DNA of 38,268 bases from a virus (lineage: Duplodnaviria > Caudoviricetes), in IMG/VR virus record IMGVR_UViG_3300031924_000084, positions 1 through 38,268 of that record. One strand, 5' to 3'. The translations under genes were made by a program, and so were the position numbers. Shown one piece after another: positions 28,908-36,049 of the stretch. The first letter of the stretch is position 1, and each line of letters starts with the position of its first letter. Under the pieces are notes generated by a model that was not told the DNA's origin, did no database searches, and saw nothing but the letters and a program-made list of their open reading frames with translations.

Positions 28908-28931
28908 CCAAAAAAACGATTCTCAAAAACC

Positions 28932-28963
28932 AGGCGTTGTACCGAAAGGTCCAGCGCCTTTTT
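28932..28963 (+). terminator. Intrinsic terminator-like hairpin after J
   Basis: AGGCGTTG-T-ACC-GAAA-GGT-C-CAGCGCCT followed by TTTT. Confidence 0.7.
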
Positions 28964-28986
28964 CATTGCACAACTAGGAATTACTC

Positions 28987-29433
28987 ATGATTGAAGAAGG
29001 CATGAACATCAAAGGCGCAATCACGCTGCTGTTGGCCAAGGCCAGTGGCGAAGTTGAGGTGGTCCACAAAGAGAACATCATCGTCAATGGAGGCTTTGAC
29101 TTTGTAGCCGACGCCATTGGTAACTCATCCAGTCGCCCCGGCGTGATGGGGTGGATTGCCCTTGGAACAGGGACAACGGCAGCAGCGGCAACGCAGACTG
29201 CATTGGTCACAGAAATCAAGCGCAACGCTGCAATGTATGCCCATACGGCTGGCACTAAGGTTTTTACCTTCACCGCCAGTTATTCCGCAGGAGATGCCAC
29301 GGGAGCGATCACAGAGGCGGGAGTGTTCAACGCTGCATCTGCTGGCTCCATGTTTGACCGTGTTGTTTTCCCTGTGGTTAACAAGGGAGCAGACGACAGC
29401 TTGACCGCTGTGTTCACGTTCACCATGAGCTGA
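28987..29433 (+). CDS. Putative tail/fibre-associated structural protein
   Basis: 148 aa; IALGTGTTAA..TQTALVTE and GAITEAGVFN motifs resemble fibre-anchoring N-terminal domains. Confidence 0.7.
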   Translation: MIEEGMNIKGAITLLLAKASGEVEVVHKENIIVNGGFDFVADAIGNSSSRPGVMGWIALGTGTTAAAATQTALVTEIKRNAAMYAHTAGTKVFTFTASYSAGDATGAITEAGVFNAASAGSMFDRVVFPVVNKGADDSLTAVFTFTMS

Positions 29434-29446
29434 TAGGACTGAGGCC

Positions 29447-30637
29447 ATGGCCGAGACCGCAAGCGTAACAACGACACCTGGTGCGAACTACACATGGAGC
29501 ACGGCAAAGTTTGCGTGGAACAGCGCCGCCTCAGGTAAGAACTGGTCGAGCGCCTATCCCGCCATCTATGTCCTCAATGTGGCGTCCGATCTCAACTTCG
29601 CTGAATTGGTCCAAAAACTCAACACAAAGCAAATCGCTGATCGGTTCGCAATAGTCGAAACTAGTAACCGTGGTGTTGTGCTCAACAAGTTCGAAGCATG
29701 GGGCTTTGTTGAAACCTACACCGACCTGATTGCTTATGTGCTGAGGTTTGTGGAATCTTTCTCGGTATCTGAGCAATTCAAGCAAGCCTGGATAAAGTCA
29801 GTTTTTGAGGCGTTTCAGGTTGGCGAGGGGTTAGCAAGGCAGCTGGTGCTCAAGAAGTTCGAAGCGATTGGGATTGCGGAAACCTATACCGATCTCATCG
29901 CTTACATCTTGCGTGTGAGTGAGAGCTTCAGTTTTTCAGAAGTTACTGCCAAGAACATCACTAAGCCTAAATTTGAAACGATTAGCTTGTCGGATGGTCT
30001 TGCAAAGTCGCAGACCAAGCGAGTAGCTGAGGCGTTTGCATTTGCTGAAATCTTCGGACGAACGGTTGCATACCGACGAGCAATCGCAGAGGGCTTTGCC
30101 ATTGGTGAGGCATTAAAGCGTGCTCAGACGATCAAGCTCAGCGAGGCGTTCGCACTCGTTGAGCAATACCGACGAAAAGCAAACGGTGTGATCAGCGACA
30201 TGATCGTTGCCAGCACGGAAATTACTGAGCAGGACTTCATGGACATCTTGGAGTCAGGTCATCCACCGGGATACACAAATTTCCGAGATTTCATCCAAGG
30301 TGACTACACCTACCAGCGTGCTTTGTTTCGAGCGGTGATCACTTCGAACAATGCTGACAGGGGCTACATCGATGGCCTGCGAGTCACGGTTGACGTCCCC
30401 GATGTGTTTGATCGAGGTGCAGCCCAAGTTGTCAATGCGGCCAATGGCGTCTTTGTTGGTTTCTCCCGAATATTCAGGGTTTCACCAGAGGTGACGCTGA
30501 CTTTCAAAGGGGGAACAACGGTTGCTGTCCCCCGGATTCTCGGAAGCGTGAGCACCGCAGGCTTCACGGCTGTTTTAGAAAACACATCAGGAGTGCGAGT
30601 CACTGGTGCGATCTCTTGGGTCGCTCAGGGGTACTAA
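29447..30637 (+). CDS. Putative tail fibre shaft/adaptor with ~18-20-aa internal repeats
   Basis: Recurring E-x-F-x-(V/I/F)-x-E units; ETYTDLIAY occurs twice, 56 aa apart; GAGG RBS. Confidence 0.7.
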   Translation: MAETASVTTTPGANYTWSTAKFAWNSAASGKNWSSAYPAIYVLNVASDLNFAELVQKLNTKQIADRFAIVETSNRGVVLNKFEAWGFVETYTDLIAYVLRFVESFSVSEQFKQAWIKSVFEAFQVGEGLARQLVLKKFEAIGIAETYTDLIAYILRVSESFSFSEVTAKNITKPKFETISLSDGLAKSQTKRVAEAFAFAEIFGRTVAYRRAIAEGFAIGEALKRAQTIKLSEAFALVEQYRRKANGVISDMIVASTEITEQDFMDILESGHPPGYTNFRDFIQGDYTYQRALFRAVITSNNADRGYIDGLRVTVDVPDVFDRGAAQVVNAANGVFVGFSRIFRVSPEVTLTFKGGTTVAVPRILGSVSTAGFTAVLENTSGVRVTGAISWVAQGY

Positions 30638-30650
30638 CGATAGAAACGAA

Positions 30651-31577
30651 ATGCAAAACTACACCGAAATTCCTTCATCCTCGACGCTGTCAGACTCGTT
30701 GTCTCAAATCCTGAACAACGACAAGACAGCGTTGTCGCTCTCAAGCGGTACGTCTTTCCCGACAGTCAACCTGCAGCAGGGTATGCCCTGCTTTAGGACC
30801 GACGAGCAAAAGCTCTATGTTCTGACTGTAGCTAGCCCAGCTACTTGGAAGATGGTGATCGACTTGTCGGCCACAGTCGGCAAGGTGGCAAACGCTGATT
30901 TGCTGGACGGCATCGATTCCACAGGCTTCGCTCTTGCAGGACACAATCATGATGCTGCCTATGCTGCACTTGGGCACAACCACAACGCTATCTACCTTGG
31001 TATCACAGCTAAAGCGTCTGATGCTGACAAGCTCGATGGATATGACTCAACAGCCTTTGTTCGATCAGTCAATGGTGTAGGGCCGGATGCCAATGGCAAT
31101 TCATCAATACCTATAGATTTGTCTAGTCGGATCGCAAAAAGCGGCGACACCATGTCCGGCACGCTCACCGTGCCGCGATTACAGATCTCCAGTACTGTCA
31201 ATTACCTGGACATGGTCGATCAGGACTGGGGCACCCGATACCTGCACCACAACCAAGGGCTTATGGGATTTCTGAAATCCGATGGCAACTGGGATATGTA
31301 CATGAACAACAGTGGCTCCATGTGGACCGCCGGATACGGCTGGCTCCACGACTATTTCTTCAATGCTGTCAGCAATTGTTTTAGAAGCTACAACCCAACT
31401 TCCGGTTGGCAAGGAGCTCCAAACTGCGCTGCAAATACTGCAGACTATTACAACTGCGGAGACATACCGCCTCAACCGTCTGTGTACATGTTGCGCTTAT
31501 CTGATGGAGGCTCAACCATCAGCTTTGGTTCACAAACGACACGCTACAACTGCAATTGCGATTGCAACTGTTGCTGA
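30651..31577 (+). CDS. Tail fibre protein with Cys-rich C-terminal tip (candidate substrate of downstream enzymes)
   Basis: 308 aa; fibre motifs ADLLDG/ADKLDG (x2), GHNH (x2), KSGDTMSGTL; last 68 aa hold 8 Cys and end YNCNCDCNCC*. Confidence 0.8.
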   Translation: MQNYTEIPSSSTLSDSLSQILNNDKTALSLSSGTSFPTVNLQQGMPCFRTDEQKLYVLTVASPATWKMVIDLSATVGKVANADLLDGIDSTGFALAGHNHDAAYAALGHNHNAIYLGITAKASDADKLDGYDSTAFVRSVNGVGPDANGNSSIPIDLSSRIAKSGDTMSGTLTVPRLQISSTVNYLDMVDQDWGTRYLHHNQGLMGFLKSDGNWDMYMNNSGSMWTAGYGWLHDYFFNAVSNCFRSYNPTSGWQGAPNCAANTADYYNCGDIPPQPSVYMLRLSDGGSTISFGSQTTRYNCNCDCNCC

Positions 31578-31586
31578 GGAGTACTC

Positions 31587-32444
31587 ATGAAACTCTACAT
31601 CGGTAACAAAAATTCTCCTTTCGCCTTAGATGTCACGCTCAGTGGCACGCAACTTACATTTAGTACGCGGCCCATCATGCAAAGAGAGTTCGTTGGTGAC
31701 CCATCGAAGGAACATTCCAACGGTGGCAAGTTCTTTGACCAATCTTTGATCAGTGAGTGGCGGGGTGACTTTGGTGTTTTTGGCGAACCGCTCTACCAGC
31801 GCACACTGGACCTGAATTTATTGCGTCAGCACCCCGAGTATTCTGATCACGCCAGTTTTATGCTCTATGCACCCGTTGGTGTAATGGAGCGGTATGGAAC
31901 ACCCTCGGGATTCTTTCAGCAGACCCCGAATCTCTATGTGGCAACCCTCGCATCCAAGATGGATGCACAGGCCTTCCATGCATCAGTGTTTCAAACCCAT
32001 CCGATTGGTCACATCCTTGTGCCATTCAAATCCTCACCAATCGAAGACTGGACGCTTGGGTTCAATGTGTTCTCGCCAGAGTTGGTCAAGGTAAATCGCA
32101 GCATTGAAGTCATCCCTGCCATAACGTTGGCGTTGGTTCGTGAAGAAACCTTACCCGTGGTTCGGTTTGTCAGTGGCCCGTCCATCAATGTATTTGCAAC
32201 TGGGGAGGTGAGCATTGATTTCCGTTTGGAGACTCCTTATGGTGACCCGATTGAGGGTCGAGATGCAGAGGTCTACCTGGAGTCAACCGCTGGGTACCTC
32301 GTTGCCCGTCGTGTAAGAACCCTCAGTGGATCAGGCTCGACAGTATTCCGCCCCAATGGTCTGACAACTGGGGATGTGGCCAAGATAAAGGTGGGGTTCA
32401 AGTACTTCTCTGGGACAGATGACTTGATGGTGAACGTCCAATGA
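31587..32444 (+). CDS. Hypothetical protein (fibre-modification cassette; beta-rich C-terminus)
   Basis: 285-aa ORF, GAGGAG RBS overlapping the fibre stop, ATGA overlap with next gene; no motif recognised. Confidence 0.75.
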   Translation: MKLYIGNKNSPFALDVTLSGTQLTFSTRPIMQREFVGDPSKEHSNGGKFFDQSLISEWRGDFGVFGEPLYQRTLDLNLLRQHPEYSDHASFMLYAPVGVMERYGTPSGFFQQTPNLYVATLASKMDAQAFHASVFQTHPIGHILVPFKSSPIEDWTLGFNVFSPELVKVNRSIEVIPAITLALVREETLPVVRFVSGPSINVFATGEVSIDFRLETPYGDPIEGRDAEVYLESTAGYLVARRVRTLSGSGSTVFRPNGLTTGDVAKIKVGFKYFSGTDDLMVNVQ

Positions 32445-33058
32445 GACTGAACCTGTTCCCCACTGCCGTTGGCCTATGGATGCTCAACACCCTTCCTACA
32501 TTCGACCAAGGTCTGTACCAAGACCTGCTAAAGGTCCATGGCGCAATGAGGACTGGATCTGAAGAAATCTGGGGTCGTCAGCCTCACGATATCTTTGACG
32601 GATCTGTTCCCAGCGCTTCCCAGCTGGCCCGTATGGCCTTACCCATCCTCCAGCGTGACTTTGTAGGACCACAAGGGCGAATTACTCACTTGCAAGGGCG
32701 AGAGGTCGTTCGAGTCGCTGGTATGGAAATCATGCCGCACTCTGATGAAGGCGAATGCCATCTTCAGGCTGTTTATTTCCCCAATGGTCCGGAGCTAGAT
32801 CTTTCACAAGATCTGCAGCAGCAGGTGAACCAATACGGTCGAAATGCCTTTGCCATCTGCAACCCGGACTGGCGTACCTCGGGTTTTGGCAAATGCCTGA
32901 TGCCTTGGGAGACCCACGCCAAGTACTGGATCCAGCCTCACAGAGGCTTGCTCGTGGCCTTTGACGCTAGAGCAATTCATTTTCAAAAGCCCTACTTGGG
33001 CGAGGCACCTTTTATTCAAGTGCTACTCAATATCAAGGTGGAAAGACTCGATGGCTAA
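32441..33058 (+). CDS. 2OG-Fe(II) oxygenase-like (DSBH, TIGR02466-like) protein
   Basis: N-terminal LFPT, HxD (PHSD), distal His in GLLVAFDARAIH; the usual R-x-S 2OG-binding motif is not evident. Confidence 0.6.
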   Translation: MRLNLFPTAVGLWMLNTLPTFDQGLYQDLLKVHGAMRTGSEEIWGRQPHDIFDGSVPSASQLARMALPILQRDFVGPQGRITHLQGREVVRVAGMEIMPHSDEGECHLQAVYFPNGPELDLSQDLQQQVNQYGRNAFAICNPDWRTSGFGKCLMPWETHAKYWIQPHRGLLVAFDARAIHFQKPYLGEAPFIQVLLNIKVERLDG

Positions 33059-34433
33059 ATTCCTGATCACAGCAGTGGATACAAGCAAACAAACTGTTGT
33101 ACCCCTGCTTTACGACAACACGGACTCCAGCTTGACCGATCTACAGGGGCGCTCGGTAGTCCAAACAGTAGATGCGTCCCTTCGTGCCCCAACGGTCGTT
33201 GCGCCAGTGACATCCCGCGACGCCCCTTTGGGAAAAACGTCTCCCCGCATTCTTAAAATCTCTCTGGGTTTGTCCTGCAATTTCGCATGTGAATATTGCT
33301 CGCAGCGTTTTGTAGACAGAAATGTAGAAACCAACCCAGATGACATAGATGGATTCCTAGCATCCCTGGACACATGGGTCCTCAACCCACCCAGCGCCAT
33401 CGAATTTTGGGGTGGGGAACCTCTTGTCTACATCAAGACTTTAAAGCCTCTGGCGCAGGCATTGCGTGAGAAGTTTCCAGAGGCTAGGTTTTCTGTGATT
33501 ACCAATGGATCTTTGTTGAATCACGATACCAACCAATGGCTTGATGATCTCGGCTTTACTGTCAGCATCTCGCATGATGGGCCAGGCCAGCATGTGCGTG
33601 GACCTGATCCACTCGATGATCATCAAGCCAGGACTGCCATCCTAGAGTTGTATCGAAGGCTGGCACCCAAGGGGCGGTTCAGCTTTAACGCCATGCTTAA
33701 CCGAGAAAACCAGTCTCGCGCAGCCATTCAAGCTTTCTTTATAGACCTTACGGGTGATCCAGATGTTTTGATCGGTGAGGGTGGCTTTGTCGATGCATAT
33801 GACGCTGGTGGTATCGCCCAATCATTACGACCACAGGAGTTTCATTACTTCAGGCGTCAAGCGTTCAAAGATATTCGTCATGGTAAAGCTGGGCGCATTT
33901 CAAGCGTTCGGGATCGGGTGATGTCCTTCGTCAATTCATTACGGTTCGAGCGTCCTGCATCTAGCCTTGGGCAAAAGTGTGGCATGGACCGGCTGGACTC
34001 CATCGCAGTTGATCTCAAGGGTAATGTGCTCACCTGCCAGAACGTGAGTGCAGCTGCATTGGCTCCAAATAGCGAGTCTCACTGCATTGGTCACACAAGC
34101 CAGCTTGAAGAGGTAGCCCTCAAAACAGCGACTCACTGGTCCAACCGCATGGAATGCCCGGGTTGCCCCATGTTGCAAATCTGTAAAGGCGCTTGTATGT
34201 TTTTGCAAGGGCCGCTTTGGGATGCATCGTGTGAAAACGCCTACTCAGATGCGTTGCCCATTTTTGCTGCTGGAATTGAGTACCTTACCGGGTTGGTGCC
34301 TGTTCACATTGAGGGCAAGCTTCGAGAGGACCGTAAGGACATCTTCGGGTTCTCCAATCAAATCCCCATCGCCCAAAGCGAGACTTCAAGCTCAACCAGA
34401 AAACCATTCCCAATCGCGGTCGTATCAGCCTGA
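33051..34433 (+). CDS. Radical SAM enzyme with C-terminal SPASM domain
   Basis: 460 aa; CNFACEYC (33276-33299), FWGGEPL, ITNGSLL, ISHDG; SPASM C-x13-G-x4-C...CxxC-x5-C-x3-C-x11-C (33978-34232). Confidence 0.93.
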   Translation: MAKFLITAVDTSKQTVVPLLYDNTDSSLTDLQGRSVVQTVDASLRAPTVVAPVTSRDAPLGKTSPRILKISLGLSCNFACEYCSQRFVDRNVETNPDDIDGFLASLDTWVLNPPSAIEFWGGEPLVYIKTLKPLAQALREKFPEARFSVITNGSLLNHDTNQWLDDLGFTVSISHDGPGQHVRGPDPLDDHQARTAILELYRRLAPKGRFSFNAMLNRENQSRAAIQAFFIDLTGDPDVLIGEGGFVDAYDAGGIAQSLRPQEFHYFRRQAFKDIRHGKAGRISSVRDRVMSFVNSLRFERPASSLGQKCGMDRLDSIAVDLKGNVLTCQNVSAAALAPNSESHCIGHTSQLEEVALKTATHWSNRMECPGCPMLQICKGACMFLQGPLWDASCENAYSDALPIFAAGIEYLTGLVPVHIEGKLREDRKDIFGFSNQIPIAQSETSSSTRKPFPIAVVSA

Positions 34434-34451
34434 TACAAAGAGTTCATAACC

Positions 34452-34486
34452 AGCCACCCTGAGTTCGCTCAGGTGGCTTTTCTTTT
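34452..34486 (+). terminator. Intrinsic terminator-like hairpin between rSAM cassette and lysis genes
   Basis: AGCCACC-CTGAG-TTCG-CTCAG-GTGGCT followed by TTTCTTTT. Confidence 0.75.
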
Positions 34487-34496
34487 GGAGAAATCA

Positions 34497-34880
34497 ATGC
34501 CAGAACCTACAAGCTCCGGAGTCGCTGGGGCAGCCGCCGCATACAAGGCCATAGGAGGTGCGGCAGGTGCTGCAGCCAGTGGTGCAACCCTCGCCGCAGT
34601 TGTTGTCATGCTTATGACACCACCTAGAAACATTCGTGAATGGACGGTGGGGTTGATCAGCACCGTTGTCTCGAGTATTTGCGGTGGCGCAATCACCGTT
34701 GAGTATTTCCAGTTGCACCACTGGGCGTTTTCGACCATTGGTCTGTATGCCATGGGCGGAGTCATCTTTGCCTGTGGCCTGCCTGGCTGGGCGCTCGTGA
34801 GGTGGCTCTTCAATTTCATCGAGCAACGCAGAGATGAGTCCATCGACGAAGTGGCCAAGGATGTGAAGGGGCTGTTTTGA
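34497..34880 (+). CDS. Putative holin
   Basis: 127 aa, about three hydrophobic segments, charged C-terminus, directly before endolysin; GGAG RBS. Confidence 0.75.
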   Translation: MPEPTSSGVAGAAAAYKAIGGAAGAAASGATLAAVVVMLMTPPRNIREWTVGLISTVVSSICGGAITVEYFQLHHWAFSTIGLYAMGGVIFACGLPGWALVRWLFNFIEQRRDESIDEVAKDVKGLF

Positions 34881-35341
34881 AACCGCAAGACTTCATAGAC
34901 CAAATCGCCAAGGCGGCCCAAGCGGTCGCCAAGCAATCAGGTGTTCCCGCCAGTCTCTCCATTGCACAAGCTGCCCTCGAGTCAGGCTGGGGAGAGTCTG
35001 GTTTGGCCAAGACGGGAAACAACCTCTTCGGAATCAAGGCTGACAGCCGTTGGAGGGGAGAGACCTTGACTCTTCCAACCAAGGAGTTCATCAAGGGTCA
35101 ATGGGTTGTTGTCCCTGCCAAGTGGCGCAAATACGCAAGCTGGCAAGCCAGCATTGATAACCACGCAGCCTTTTTGAAGCAAAACCAACGCTACGCACCT
35201 TGCTTTAGTTGCCTAACAGCAGATGCATTTGTCCGGGCTCTAGCGAACGCTGGCTATGCCACCGATCCTCTCTATGCAGACAAGGTGATCGGGGTAATGA
35301 ACAAACACAACCTAATTTCATTTGACGGAGGTCTGAAATGA
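34877..35341 (+). CDS. Endolysin, GH73 glucosaminidase (FlgJ-like)
   Basis: AQAALESGWG, NNLFGIKA, GYATDPLY motifs; TTG start overlapping holin stop. Confidence 0.9.
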   Translation: MKPQDFIDQIAKAAQAVAKQSGVPASLSIAQAALESGWGESGLAKTGNNLFGIKADSRWRGETLTLPTKEFIKGQWVVVPAKWRKYASWQASIDNHAAFLKQNQRYAPCFSCLTADAFVRALANAGYATDPLYADKVIGVMNKHNLISFDGGLK

Positions 35342-35835
35342 ACTGGCTCAATCGACTTTTTTTGGCCAACTGGTCATGGTTGATGGACGGCATGTTGCTC
35401 TTGATGGTTTTGATCATCGGGATTCAGGTCGGGGAGTCCCATGTCCAAAAGGAGTGGAACGCTGAGAAAAGCAAGAACGAGCAAATCACCGCCAAGATGG
35501 AGCAGCACGTTGAGGACGTCAAGCTCATGCAAACCAAAATAAATCAGGAGATTACCAATGACTTTCATAAAAAATCTAAGCTTCTCGCTGAGCGCCTGCC
35601 TGATCCTCATGCTCCCGGGGTGTGCAACATCCCCACAGCCAGTAACAGGGATTTGTCCTCCGTTTCCGAAGCTCCCGCAAAGTTTGACCCTTCCCCCACC
35701 AACGCTCTACCTTCTTCCATCCGAGATCCAATAGAGTCAAGCTATTTGCAGCTACTTCAAGATGCGACTCAAACGACACTCATGTTCATTGAATTACAAC
35801 GCTGGCACGAGATGCAGTCGCAGGCTACAAAATGA
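35338..35835 (+). CDS. i-spanin (Rz-like)
   Basis: N-terminal TM helix followed by coiled-coil; after endolysin; contains an embedded lipoprotein ORF. Confidence 0.8.
   Translation: MNWLNRLFLANWSWLMDGMLLLMVLIIGIQVGESHVQKEWNAEKSKNEQITAKMEQHVEDVKLMQTKINQEITNDFHKKSKLLAERLPDPHAPGVCNIPTASNRDLSSVSEAPAKFDPSPTNALPSSIRDPIESSYLQLLQDATQTTLMFIELQRWHEMQSQATK
35558..35734 (+). CDS. o-spanin (Rz1-like lipoprotein) embedded in the +1 frame of Rz; not in the ORF track
   Basis: AGGAG RBS at 35546-35550; MTFIKNLSFSLSACLILMLPGCATSPQPVTGICPPFPKLPQSLTLPPPTLYLLPSEIQ* (58 aa): signal peptide, lipobox-like LPGC, Pro-rich mature part. Confidence 0.88.
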   Translation: MTFIKNLSFSLSACLILMLPGCATSPQPVTGICPPFPKLPQSLTLPPPTLYLLPSEIQ

Positions 35836-35841
35836 AATACG

Positions 35842-35875
35842 CCCCCAGTTGCCTTTAAGGCTACTGGGGGTTTTT
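35842..35875 (+). terminator. Intrinsic terminator ending the late operon
   Basis: CCCCCAGT-T-GCCT-TTA-AGGC-T-ACTGGGGG followed by TTTTT. Confidence 0.8.
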
Positions 35876-35951
35876 CGCATTTGGGGGTGAAAGTTATGAG
35901 GCCTCACATGAACTAATGGAAATTGGGGGAGTCACAAACTGATTGATTCTT

Positions 35952-36046
35952 GTTGCGAATAGTGCGAACAATTAGAAAAGTCAATTAAATCATTGGTTTA
36001 GAGAAATTTGAGTTTCAAAAACAGTTGCGAATCTTTGCGAACAATT
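35952..36046. repeat. Direct repeat pair with four TGCGAA boxes around an AT-rich spacer (iteron-like)
   Basis: GTTGCGAATAGTGCGAACAATT (35952-35973) and GTTGCGAATCTTTGCGAACAATT (36024-36046). Confidence 0.7.
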
Positions 36047-36049
36047 CGT

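Larger units (their letters stand above)
1..35880 (+). mobile_element. Prophage / temperate siphophage (HK97-type head, lambda-type tail tip); left part (integrase, immunity) outside window
   Basis: Collinear replication, packaging, head, tail and lysis genes, nearly all on + strand with overlapping stop/start codons. No att site or integrase visible; right boundary approximate. Confidence 0.95.

Noticed and set aside
28317-31577. Diversity-generating retroelement or invertible fibre cassette
   Set aside because: No reverse transcriptase or invertase in the window. The repeat pairs are short, protein-level and differ largely at synonymous positions rather than specifically at adenines.
32441-34433. 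rSAM + oxygenase as a DNA hypermodification or 7-deazaguanine (QueE) pathway
   Set aside because: The full SPASM domain and 460-aa length do not fit QueE. No folE/queC/queD/dpdA, kinase or glycosyltransferase genes are in the window, and the genes sit in the tail operon. Disfavoured, not formally excluded.
35876-35950. attR site or tRNA fragment at the right prophage boundary
   Set aside because: No tRNA-like sequence seen, and no partner repeat within the window to define an att core.
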